Shown here piece by piece: positions 1 through 10,788 of a stretch of 64,000 nt of DNA. The stretch is taken from NCBI GenBank assembly GCA_964019335.1, contig OZ025693.1:248001-312000 (forward strand), written 5' to 3'. Origin of the DNA: Diplonema japonicum. Its lineage: Eukaryota; Protista; Euglenozoa: Diplonemea. The notes beneath the pieces are model-generated. The model had not been told where the DNA came from. It did not search any database and was given only the letters and a program-made list of their open reading frames with translations. Position 1 is the first letter of the stretch. Each line of letters opens with the position of its first letter. A program made the position numbers and the translations under genes.

Positions 1-422
1 ATTTTTCATTTCTAATTTCCCCTTTTCTTTTTTTTGCAGTTCCCTCCTTCGCTTGCTGCTAAAGTAGGGGGGGGGGGGGGGGGGACTTGATATACCAAAT
101 ACTCTGTGCACCTAACAAAACAGAAGATAAAAAGAAAACAGAAAAAGAAGAAGAAGAAAAAAAAAGGCAAGGTAAGAATTTTTTAAAGAACTTTTTTTTT
201 TTCTTTCCCCTGGCAACTGTTCGATTCTAAAAATAAAAATAAAAAAACACAAGGCCCCCCTGTGGGAATGTAGAGGGAAAAAAAAAAAAAAAAAGAGTAG
301 GTTTTTTTTAGCATTTATTTATACACACGGTATATCCTGGGATAAATACTGCATGTGTTACCACTACTCTTTTTTACTGTATTTAACAAGTACTCTGAGC
401 AGTACTTGTTAAATACAAATTG

Positions 423-462
<40 letters not shown>

Positions 463-536
463 ATGCGGCGCTTGCTTTGTTTATGCGGCATCAAGTGGAT
501 TTTAACACAATCGGCGAAGTGCGTTAATAATCCCAA

Positions 537-577
<41 letters not shown>

Positions 578-681
578 ACGACAGAAAAAGCATCAAGAGC
601 CAAACTGCAAAATCGAATAGGTACTAGAGCCCGGATTGTGGAATAAAAAAAAAAAAAAAGGCGCCATGTGAGACCTGCAAC

Positions 682-717
<36 letters not shown>

Positions 718-858
718 GAAAGATATCTTGCGGGGCTGAAGGGTGTGTGTGTGTGTGTGTGCGGCCAATTAAATGACGCGAGTTGTGCTATTTCCCAGCA
801 ACAACATCAAACAAAAAAAAAAAAAAAAAAAAAAAAAACCCTCTCCCTCCCCTCCCTT

Positions 859-2382
859 TCAAACAGGCACGACCAAAAATCGCGATATTTGATCAATAAA
901 CACACGTAGCTCAGCATCGGTCGGAAAACCAAAATGATAAGATTTATCCATAGCCGACTGTGGCCTCCGGGGAGTGGTGGGGTGCACCTCTAACACAAAC
1001 GGAGTAGAAGAAGAAGGAGACGACCGCAAGCGCCGCACCAACTTGGCAGACTTAAGATAACATGTTCCCCTAACTACGGCTTGAGGTGTGGCGTCGGCGA
1101 AGTAATGCAAAAAACCAGCAGGTGTGATGACTATCATACGTTGCTTGTAAGCTTGCTGGCCAAGAACACGTTTCCCAGCACGTTTTGAGAGCCATCCGTT
1201 CCACGAACATCCCAGCACAGCGTCAACATATAACAACGAGCTGAAAAATGATTCGTACCAAATATTCTTGTCCCGCTGGTCCCTCGGCGACGTTATATCC
1301 GTTCCTTGTGCATCGAACAGCGCTTGGTACTCTTCTTCTGTGAGTTCCAACGTGTTGGTTTTCGTTTTGACAGGTGACGATGGTGGTAATGATGCTTCAG
1401 AAGAACCGCTGGGAGATTGCGGAATCCGTATCCATTCCTCTGCTGGGGTTTTTTCGAGTTTTAATATACTGCTCACAACGTGTAGCTGGCTTGCTGCAAT
1501 GCACGGGAGGCAGCATTGCAAGGCTGGTGTTGTTGCTTGGGAAACACGGTCGCCGCGGCCTTCAATTTTCTGTCTGGTTTTTCTCGCAAGGCGTGTGATG
1601 CGGTTCCTCGCCTTTTGGATGTCGATGTCGCACCCGACTTCTTCTTCCGGAGCAACCGACACCGCCAGGACAAGGTTCCCCGTCCCGCCCGGTCCCTTCA
1701 CAACAATATCCTCCACATGATCCACACGGTTCCCCCCGGCTTGGTACTGAAACTTCCGAGCGATTTGTTGGTACGCAAGTTTTCCCTTTACAATTTGAAC
1801 CCTCCCCGCTGGCGACAACGCTGAAATTTCAACAGCCCAGGATTGTCCGTATTGAAGCCGCATTTCACCAAATGCCGATTCATAATCTTCAATATTAAAG
1901 TATATATCAGGGTACGTGTCTTCATATGTGATTTCCTTTCCGTTGTTTGGGCTGCGTACTTTTCTAGGCGATGCGAAGACCTCCTTGGAGACCCAGTGGA
2001 GGGCGGTTTGGGTGGCGTTGCTTACGACAGCAACGGTGAGGGAAAATTTCCAGTTCGTGATGACGTTGAGGTACAGAGTGTGCTCCCAGTTGACGTCTTC
2101 GGTGTCGGAGAGCCAGGTTTCCTTTTCAGTGCGTCTGCGGACGATGGCCTCTTCCTTCATTAGCGATCCCAGCAGGCCTGTTCTTCGTACCACGAACCAC
2201 ACCATGTCGTCTACCTCGGAGTTGCTCTCGCCCACCATGCCGCAGCCCTCTGCTATCGCCCGCCAGTCTACGTCCTCTGGGTTCTGCGGGTCGCCTTCTG
2301 TGGAGCTGTTCCACCGCGTGCCTTTGAGGGAGTTCAAAAGCATCATGACACCTTCCATTTCTCCTATCTTTCTCGAACTCAT
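859..2382 (-). CDS. KIAA0930/DUF2045-family protein with C-terminal PH domain
   Basis: Motifs VNWEHTLYLNVI, VFASP and TYPDIYFNIEDY resemble DUF2045. The C-terminus (WNGWLSKRAG...FLHYF...YHFGFPTDAELRVFIDQI) is PH-like. ATG at 2382 follows a poly(A) tract. Confidence 0.7.
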   Translation of the reverse strand: MSSRKIGEMEGVMMLLNSLKGTRWNSSTEGDPQNPEDVDWRAIAEGCGMVGESNSEVDDMVWFVVRRTGLLGSLMKEEAIVRRRTEKETWLSDTEDVNWEHTLYLNVITNWKFSLTVAVVSNATQTALHWVSKEVFASPRKVRSPNNGKEITYEDTYPDIYFNIEDYESAFGEMRLQYGQSWAVEISALSPAGRVQIVKGKLAYQQIARKFQYQAGGNRVDHVEDIVVKGPGGTGNLVLAVSVAPEEEVGCDIDIQKARNRITRLARKTRQKIEGRGDRVSQATTPALQCCLPCIAASQLHVVSSILKLEKTPAEEWIRIPQSPSGSSEASLPPSSPVKTKTNTLELTEEEYQALFDAQGTDITSPRDQRDKNIWYESFFSSLLYVDAVLGCSWNGWLSKRAGKRVLGQQAYKQRMIVITPAGFLHYFADATPQAVVRGTCYLKSAKLVRRLRSSPSSSTPFVLEVHPTTPRRPQSAMDKSYHFGFPTDAELRVFIDQISRFLVVPV

Positions 2383-4085
2383 TTTTTTTTTTTTTTTTTT
2401 TTTTGTCGCCGACAGACAGAGGCCAGGCCCCCTTCGGCTCCTGTTGTTGTTATGATATGAGATGACGGGAAAAAAAAAAAAAAAAAAGAAGAGAAACAAA
2501 GAAAAAAAAAAAAAAACCACTATGATGGGAGGAAGTTGTTAAGCAACGAACCCCACAAAAAGAAAAAAAAGAACGGGGGGGAAAAAAAAACAAAAAAAAA
2601 ATGTGGGCCGACGTTCCGCAGCACCAAAAAAAAAGGGGGGGCAAATTGGGAGGATAGGTTTTTTTTTTTTTTTTTTTTTTTTTCCCTCTTTTTTTTTTTT
2701 TTTTTTTCTTTCGGTGGAACTGCCTTATGAGAACATTCCGGGGAGAGGGAGGTGTGCAGAGGAAAAAGGTGCAACAAAAAAAAAAAGACCCCACACACGC
2801 GCCGCAGTATTTTTACGGGGAAAAGAAACAGGAGTCCCGTGTGAGGCTTGAGCCCCGTGTGAGGTTTACGTATATGGTTCTCTCCTTCTTCCCATTTCCT
2901 TGTTTTATTTTTCTTAAGGAAGCTTAATGAACAAAGAAAGACGCTGAGCAAGCTGGGGGAGAGACAAGAGAAAAAAAAAAGCTGGTACATCTGTTTTCGT
3001 ACATAGGAAAAAAAGAGGGGGGGGGGGGGGAAACAAAAAGTGAGGAAAGGGTCAAAAGATGCCAACTACTGCTGAAAGGTGGGAGGAACCGATTTCAGTA
3101 AATTATTATCAGCACTCAATGGTGACCTTGTTTTCTCCCCTGTGAAAAGACAAACGGGGGGGGTGTTGAAGACTTTCCCCGTGAAGAAAGGAAAAGGAAA
3201 AAAAAAGCAGGCCAGGATTCGAGGAGTCAGCGGTAAGAAATAAGTAGGAAAAAAAAAAAAAAGAAAATACCACGCCAACTCTGCAAATATTTACCTTTAT
3301 CTTTATTTTTTTTTTATAGTAACAAAAGGAAGAGGGCGGGGGGGAAAAAAAAAAAGTAGTGAAGGAGGATTAAAAAAAAAATCGATTAACTTTCGGGGGG
3401 TAAAGAACAATCAGGCGTGGTGGGCCAGTTGCTCCCCCTCGGCATTTTTTTTTTTTTTTTTTTTTTTGCTCCTTCTACTTCTTTTTCCCTTTTCCCATAC
3501 TTCGGAATGTTACAAATGCAAGATTACAAAAAAAATAAAATAAGAAATACCGGGAGGAAATGGAGAACAAACAAAATTAGAACCAATAATCCCCATCACC
3601 CATTACAGAGGGGGGGAACCCCTGAAAGAAGCGTCCACATTTTTTTTTCTTTTTCTTTTTTCCATTACTATTTTCTTCTTGCGGCGGCATTATGTTACAT
3701 GGTGCATGGGGGAGGAGGAAAAAAAAACCCCCCCCCAGCTGATAAAAAAAAAACAAAAAAAAAACTACCCAGTAGGGCCTTTTTTTTTGTTTTAACAAAT
3801 ACTATTTGTCGAGAAAAATAAAAAATAAAAAAAGAGAGACATTTAAAAATAAAACAAAACTAGTTGATGGCAGCGTAATGAGTTTATTTTTTAATTGGGT
3901 AAATAATACCGCTCGTGCGCACAAACAAAACCAAAAAAAAAAAACCCCCTCCCGGTTCTTATTTTCTTTTTTTGTTTCTACACTAATGAAAAAAAAAAAA
4001 CACGGAAGAGAGAAAAAAAACCCCCCACTATGATCCCTCCCACACACTTTTTCATTTCACCCCCCCCCCCTTTTTATTTCATCCA

Positions 4086-7000
4086 TCACGCCACAAGTCT
4101 TTGCTTCAAAAGGGCAGCATGCAAGATACGAGAGGCCAGCTGCTGAACCTCATTGGGGGTGGATTGGAGAAGTTCCTCATGGGTACGGACGCACTTAACA
4201 CCCCAGACCAACGGTGTGGACTGCTTCATGCCGACAAGCGTGAACCCCCTTACAGTGGCTGCTGCCATGTATTCGAAGTTTGAAACGTCTCCCTGCACCA
4301 TGGTGCCGAGGAGGCAGATGACATCCATGTTGGTCGTCTTGGAGATCTGGGCGGCGGTGTAGGGGAGCTCGTAAGTCCCTGGGACGACTTCTTCCGTGAT
4401 GTTGTTGATCTTGACACCTGCATCGAGGAGTGCGCCTCTGAGTTCCTCCAGCACGGCAAGCACCTGGTTCTCGTTCCACGACGTCCTCACTAGGCAGACC
4501 TTCAGGGACTTCGCTTCCGCTGTTGTGACTTCTCCCACCTTCAGCAGTTTCCCCTTTACAACCTTGCCCTTCCTTGTCCCAAGCCCCCTGCGCATGCACG
4601 CCATGTGCAGTGCCGACATGGCCAATGAGTAGTGCAGCTCGCTGCCCTTCTCTGCCCTTTCCCTAGCTTGTTCCACCGTGTGGCACGTCAGAACCCCGAA
4701 CAGCGTCGGGACAGAGTGCTTGATCCCAACCTTTTGTGTGATTTTTCATTTCATTTTTTTTGTAGCACACCTCTTGCAGTCCGAAGCTTGACGCCTCACA
4801 CGCTGTGTCGAAGCGTGCAGTTGTGTCCTCGATAAGAACGCCTTGTTGTTGTTGTTATTGTTGTTGTTGGTTTCATACCGACTGCGATGACTGACATCAC
4901 GTTGCTCTCCTCGATGACCTTGCTGGCGGCGTGCGGGAGGTCGAACGACGTGGGCACATATTGCGTGATGATGTTCGCCTCGGTGAGGCCTGCCGCCTTG
5001 AACACGCTGGTGATCCCCTCAACCATCTGGTCGACAAGCTGGATCTCCTCATCGGAAGTCGCTACAATCCCGATGCTCATGTTCTTCGCCTCCGTGACAG
5101 AGGGAGCCTTCAGGGTGCGTGGGATATCCTTCACAAGTTCCCCAGCAAGGGCGGACCTCAGCTCGCTAGGAGGGATCTCTCTGGTCTCAACGGCTTCTAA
5201 CTTCTTGATGGAGGTCTTCTTGTCGCTGGTGTAGCGGTGCAGCATCGCCATGTGGATCGCAGACATACCAAGCGACTCGTGCAGCACGCTCCCCTTGCAT
5301 GCGCCTTCCCTCGCTTGTTCTACAGAGAAGCATGTCAGCACACCGAAAAGCATCGGCACACCAGTCTTCTCCTGGGCCTTCAGGATGCCGTGCGATGCCG
5401 CCTGGCAAATGTACTCGAAGTGCTTGGTGTCGCCCTTGATGAGGATGCCCATGCACAGCACGACGTCCACGCCCTCACTCTCCGCCATCAGCTGTGCGCC
5501 GCTCGGGAGCTCGAAGGACCCGGGCACCACCTTCTCGACGATGTTCGCACTTTCGATGTTGTTGCTCTTCAGCACCTCAGCCACGCCGTCGCGCATCTGC
5601 TCCACCATCGATTCGTTCCACGCAGTGCGCACAATGCCCACTCTGATAGCCTTCGCTTCTTCCTTGCTGGGGAGCTTGAGCGTCTTGGGGAAGTCCATGT
5701 CCTTGATCACCGGGCTGGCATCCACAGCGGGAGGTACCCCGAAAACCAGCGGCTTGTACGCGGGCTTGCTCACACCCAGTTCCTTAGCTAAGGCCGCTTG
5801 GTGCAGCACAGAGAGGGCCAGGGGGACAGGGATCTCCTTTGCACGGGCTGCGAGATGCTCGTCATTCACGCAAAGCAGCATCCCAGACAGGATGGGGCAC
5901 GAGTGGCGCAGCTGTGACTCAACAATGCCCAAGGCCTCGGACAATGCCACGTACTCGAAGTGTGCAGTGTTGCCCTTGATGAGCACACTGCATGTCACGA
6001 CGACATCAGCACCACCCGCAGCCGCCTGCGACGCTGCGTAGGGGATCTCAAAGGAGCCTGGCACCCTGATGACGGTGATGTTCTCCTCCTTCACGTAGAA
6101 GTCACCCAGAGACTTGGTGAGCTCGTTGACGATGTAGTCCACGACACCCTGGTTCCACGTCGTGGCAATAATGGATACCTTCAGGTCCTTGGCAACCTCC
6201 TTGGAAGGCAGGTACACCTTGCTGGAGAGCTCCTGTGCCTGCGTCTCGTTAGCGGCGCAGGACTGCGTCATGGCGTTGGCCAGGGGAGACGAGGGGAGGG
6301 TGCTTTCCTTGGGCGGGAAGCAAGGCATCACACCTCCCTTGGGAGGCGAAACAGTGTGAGACTGGCATGCAACCTGGAGAGTAGACAGGGCAAGGGAGTA
6401 GGCAAGCTCTCCGCCCTGGCTGCACCTGTCGATGGCCATCTGCTTGTGCTCACAGGCAAGAACACCGAAAAGCACAGGGGTGTTGTGCTCGATCTGGACA
6501 AGATTGAGCCCGTTGGCAACAGCCGAAGACATACAAGTGAAGGCTTGGGGAACATGCCCGCCCTTGATGGTGATACCGAGGCACAGGATGGCGTCAACCT
6601 TTCCAGTTGCCGCGATGGCCTGGGCCGCGAAGGGCAGGTTGTTGGCACCGGGGACGATAACCTCGCTGATGTTCTCTTCAACAACGCCAGCCTCAAGCAG
6701 CTCAGAGACGATCTGCTTCTGGAGGGAGTGGAGGGGGACACCGAACCACACAGTCTTCACAATGGCGATCCTGAGCTTAGGCATCAGGGCAACGTGAGAG
6801 CGATCCGACAGCTGAAGGCTGGACTTCACACCAGAAACAGTGGAGCCAAGGCCGCCCTCTCTGAGTCTCGTCTCGTGGTTGCGCTTGTCGGTCAGGTACC
6901 TTGTGTTGAACTTGTTGTGCTCGCACAGCAGTGGCACTGTTTCTACCTTCAACTTACCCTTCAGGGCGCTGAGAGCCTTCTCTTTAAGAGGGCTGTTGGT

Positions 7001-8263
7001 CAGCAGCTGCACAGTGCTCTTGACGCCAAGTGCAAGGATGATGTCAGCACATGCGTCGAAGTTCCTGAGGTCCTCCTGGAAGCCCAGCTCCCTGTTGGCT
7101 CTGTACGTGTCGAAGCCCTTCGCCTGCAGTTGGTAAGCGTGCATCTTGTTGACAAGACCGATGCCCCTACCCTCGTGTCCTGTCATGTAGATGACGACAC
7201 CGACGCCTTTGTCGCTGATGTGGCTGAAAGCCTGGTCGAGCTGGTCACCACAGTCACACCTCATGCTGCCCATAAGGTCGCCCGTGAAGCACTCGGAATG
7301 GATCCTGACAGGGACAGGTTCCTTGGAAGCCGCCACGTCGCCCACAGTCATGATTATGTGCTCGTTTTGTGTGACGTGCTCCTTGAAGCAGACCATGTTC
7401 CATGTGCCGTGGAACTTCCCGTTCCTCGTGATGGGGATGGTGCACTCAGCGACGCGAACGACACCACTGCTCGGGGTAAGGAACCTGAGAGGCTTCTTGT
7501 AGAGGTAGTTTGAGAGGGCGTCGATGGTGATGCACGGGATGTTCAGCCTCCACCCGAGCCTCTTGCAGTCGTCAAGGCGCTTCATGCTGCCGTCTTTGTT
7601 GACAAGCTCGCCAATAGAACCGACAGGGAACTTGTTGGCAAGCCTGCAGAGGTCGACGGAAGCTTCGGTGTGGCCACGACGATCGGAGATACCACCACGC
7701 TTAGCACGGAGGGGGAAGATGTGCCCTGGACGACCGAAGTCAGACCCACGTGCCTTGGGGTGGGCAAGGGCGTGGAAAGTGATCATACGGTCGTAAGCGC
7801 TGACACCGGTAGTGAGACCACTGTTGCCTTCCTTATCGCAAATGTCAGGGATGAGACCGGAGTCAAGGGGGACAAGGGGCTTCAAATCAGTGGTGACGGT
7901 GAAAGCGGTACCCTTGGAGTCGGTGTTCACCACAAGCATAGGGTCCAGGCCGAGTTCGTTTGCCCTGTCCTCCGTCATAGGCGCGCACAGGATTCCCGTG
8001 GTCTCGTTGACCATCATGGCGACCATTTCCTCCGTCAGGTCCTGAGCGGGGACGATGATGTCTCCTTCGTTCTCCCTGTCTTCGTCGTCCATCACGATCA
8101 AAGGGCGGCCATTCCTAAAGGTCTCGATAGCTACTTCAATAGACGCCATCGGCCTGTTGATGATGTGGTTGTCGTACATCTTCGATATCGCAGCGCCCAC
8201 AGCGGCCATCCCCGCAGCAGCTGCGAGCTTTGTCTTCAGATCGTTATTGTTCATCGCACTCAT
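4086..8263 (-). CDS. ribBA-ribH: Riboflavin biosynthesis fusion: RibB (DHBP synthase) - RibA (GTP cyclohydrolase II) - five lumazine synthase (RibH) domains; 3 exons, ~1366 aa
   Basis: RibB motifs DDEDRENEGD and RRGHTEA; RibA motifs RIHSECFTGD..SMRCDC and EGRGIGLVNK; five RibH-type VPG(A/S/T)xELP-like repeats. GT-AG introns 4842-4878 and 4731-4770 join ORF 4796-8383 to ORF 4086-4676 in frame (IAVGVLIEDTTARFDTACEASSFGLQEVGIKHSVPTLFGVLTC). Confidence 0.93.
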
Positions 8264-8392
8264 CTTTATTTTTTTTTTTTCCCTCCCTTTTTTTTTCTTC
8301 TTCTTCCCTCCCCCGAACGTTTGTCCAAAGTGAGAACAAAAAAAAAAAAATTCCATAGACACAAAAAAAAAAAAAAAAAACAAAAAGAAAAT

Positions 8393-9352
8393 CTAGTTAT
8401 GTATTGCAATGCTGATTGGGCTTCCCGGTAGTTCTTGCACAGCGCCAATGCACAATGATAAACACAGTGCCTCCCCGAGCTCCCTCACCTTCTTTGAATC
8501 GTGGCTTGGCAAACATAAAAGCAGATGCCTGTCATATACGCACAGATTAGTAGAGGTGGTGCTGATGGGTGTGATCGCTGCAAGGATGTGGACCGCCTTG
8601 AGCAGGTGCTCCTCGGTTTGGGGCGATCGCACAACACCGAGTAGCAGTGTAGTGAACGAAAGCTCGCAGGGTACCCCGCCTTCAGAGACGTAGACGATAA
8701 TCTGTTCGATGTGAAGGGGGGTCATGTCCCCATGGGTGTTCAGCACCAAACGCAGGTAATCTCCTTCGGGTATCCGGCTGGCCACGTTTTCTGATGAGTT
8801 TCCCCACCAAAAGGCTCTTTGTATAAAACTCCAAACCAATTCTGGTAAATAAAACCGCGGAAGCTTCAAAGGGGCTGTGGGAGCGGAGAGGATCCGATGG
8901 TTGAAATCCTCTTGGAGACTATCACTGCTGATCTCAACAAAGCCACCGTCGAGAGCCACGGCAGCTTGGGAGGCAAGTTCTCGTATTTTCTGATTTTTTG
9001 CATCTCCACACAGCAGGTCCATCTCGCCATGATAATCCACAAGCTCGTGGACCTCCATCCCAAGACCGCCTTCCCGTGCGTACTGGAAGAACAACGCGTT
9101 TTCAGCTACAAGCGCCACCGTCATGACCAGGGCTTTTGTCTTCTGGGAGGTGCCATCGTTTCTTATCGCCCGTTTTATTTCCTCGTACACCATCCTGCAC
9201 CCTTCCTTGCTCGCAGACGCCACTCTTAATATCTCTCTTTTTACCCCTCCCTCCACCACATCCCCGCCGCCTGAAAGCCCTTCTCTCACTATATTGGAGA
9301 CTTTACTCGCGGGGCTCGACTTCCTGCGCCACATTGGAAACACCCATTCCAT
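8393..9352 (-). CDS. ENTH/VHS-like protein, tepsin (AP-4 accessory)-like
   Basis: N-terminal segment (REILRVAS...KTKALVM...YHGEMDLLCGDAKNQKIRELA) resembles the tepsin ENTH domain. ATG at 9352 follows an A-tract. Confidence 0.6.
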   Translation of the reverse strand: MEWVFPMWRRKSSPASKVSNIVREGLSGGGDVVEGGVKREILRVASASKEGCRMVYEEIKRAIRNDGTSQKTKALVMTVALVAENALFFQYAREGGLGMEVHELVDYHGEMDLLCGDAKNQKIRELASQAAVALDGGFVEISSDSLQEDFNHRILSAPTAPLKLPRFYLPELVWSFIQRAFWWGNSSENVASRIPEGDYLRLVLNTHGDMTPLHIEQIIVYVSEGGVPCELSFTTLLLGVVRSPQTEEHLLKAVHILAAITPISTTSTNLCVYDRHLLLCLPSHDSKKVRELGEALCLSLCIGAVQELPGSPISIAIHN

Positions 9353-9480
9353 TTTTTTCCCCCCCCTTCTTTTTTTCGTGTTTTCTTTGTTTTGTTTTTT
9401 TTTATTAAACATTTTTTTTCTTCTCCCCCGGTCATCGTATTGGAACAGTCAAGAACTCCTCTCTCCCCTCCCGTTTTTTT

Positions 9481-10173
9481 TTATTTTATATTATGTATCC
9501 ATTCTAACAAAGCAGGCTTTGCGGTGGAGCTGTGTTCTGGTGTTATCTCATGCGGGCCGGTGTGTGTGTGGACCTCTGGGTGTTGATACCGTTTCAATAA
9601 CAGCGAGGAGTCATCCGCGAAAGGGTCCGTCGGCGACACAAGATGGAAAGAAGGTGTTTGCAAAGGGTAGGACCGTGGCCGGCTATCTTGCAAGGCAAGT
9701 TTAGCGGCGGAGGTGACAGCGCTGTCGCAAGCTCCATGGAGGAGCACCGCGAAGCGAGGGAGGTGTTTTTTAAGCTTTTCATCCATTTTTTCCACACCAC
9801 CCATAATATCGGTGACAACCGCCGCGCCCTGTGAAAAGCCAACCAGTCCGTCGATGGGCTTTATTTCGCAAAGTTTTTCCATGACCAGCTTACTGGCCTT
9901 CCGTGTGGTGACCCCTTCCCCGTACCATTCCCAGTACCCGTCCCCTGAACCCCCATCCCATGCCTTTGCCTTCACAGTACCCTCGATATAAAAAAGCTCA
10001 ATTTTATCATCGTCATGCAGGCCTAGTGTTCTGCATTGCAGAGCCATCACGTCCTGGTTGCTTCCTTTGCCATGGAGGCAGGCCAACCGAAATTTTGTGG
10101 AGCGTTCTCTCTCAGGAGTCAAAAGGGCGTCTTCGTCGCGTTCCTTTAGAATACAGCACCAAGATGAACCCAT
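9481..10173 (-). CDS. FSH1/OVCA2-family serine hydrolase
   Basis: CLHGKGSN, nucleophile motif GFSQGA, Asp in SPTD, His in HTGPH. The N-terminus MGSSWCC suggests dual acylation. Confidence 0.85.
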   Translation of the reverse strand: MGSSWCCILKERDEDALLTPERERSTKFRLACLHGKGSNQDVMALQCRTLGLHDDDKIELFYIEGTVKAKAWDGGSGDGYWEWYGEGVTTRKASKLVMEKLCEIKPIDGLVGFSQGAAVVTDIMGGVEKMDEKLKKHLPRFAVLLHGACDSAVTSAAKLALQDSRPRSYPLQTPSFHLVSPTDPFADDSSLLLKRYQHPEVHTHTGPHEITPEHSSTAKPALLEWIHNIK

Positions 10174-10262
10174 TGCTTAGTGTACGTCTCTCCCCCTCCC
10201 TTTTTCGTTCATTTTCTTTTTTTCGCCATACAAAAAAAAGGGGTTGTGGAAAAAAAAAAAAT

Positions 10263-10679
10263 TTACTCCGAGTGTTCAAGTTCCATATAAGCCGTTCTCA
10301 TTGTGTCGGGTATGTGCGTGGGTTTTTCCGTAACGGGGTCGGTCCACACATGGACAAATGTTCCCACAGCGCTCGGGGTGTCGCTGGTTTCATCGAACAA
10401 GCCTATTTGGTACGTGCAGCTGCTGGTCTTCCCAAGCTTCACCACAGTTATACCGACATGGACGTCTACCGGGAATACAAGCGGTTTCTTATAGGTGCAG
10501 GAAGAGTGGACTACGAAGGGTCTTGCAGGCAGTTCAAACGCTTTCTGCTTGCCAAGAAATGTACACACCGCCGTATCCATGAAGCTATAATATTGGACGT
10601 TATTCACATGGCCAAAGGCGTCTTGGTCCATCCAACGCGTGGGGATGGTGTGCCAAAATCGGTAGAAAGAACGATTCAT
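10263..10679 (-). CDS. Hot-dog fold acyl-CoA thioesterase (4HBT/YbgC-like)
   Basis: Signature TRWMDQDAFGHVNNVQYYSFMD; also GTFVHVW. Confidence 0.88.
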   Translation of the reverse strand: MNRSFYRFWHTIPTRWMDQDAFGHVNNVQYYSFMDTAVCTFLGKQKAFELPARPFVVHSSCTYKKPLVFPVDVHVGITVVKLGKTSSCTYQIGLFDETSDTPSAVGTFVHVWTDPVTEKPTHIPDTMRTAYMELEHSE

Positions 10680-10788
10680 CTTTTTTTTATTCTTTTTTTT
10701 TTTTGTTTTCACACCACACACCACCCCAACCCCCTCTGACGGCGTTATTGAGACAATAATGAAAGGGGGGGGGGGAATATTTTTTTGT

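Noticed and set aside
315-4047. Poly-Phe/poly-Lys ORFs in spacers (also 52536-53614)
   Set aside because: Translations of homopolymer tracts.
4086-4676. Stand-alone lumazine synthase gene
   Set aside because: It begins mid-domain with a GTG and is joined in frame to the upstream ORF by two canonical introns.
5960-7513. Long plus-strand ORFs (also 53799-55448, 59038-60570, 61802-63577, 33613-34455)
   Set aside because: Antisense shadows of GC3-biased minus-strand genes; no recognisable motifs.
8264-8400. FMN riboswitch upstream of the riboflavin gene
   Set aside because: The spacer is ~130 nt of A/G-rich tracts with no RFN consensus.
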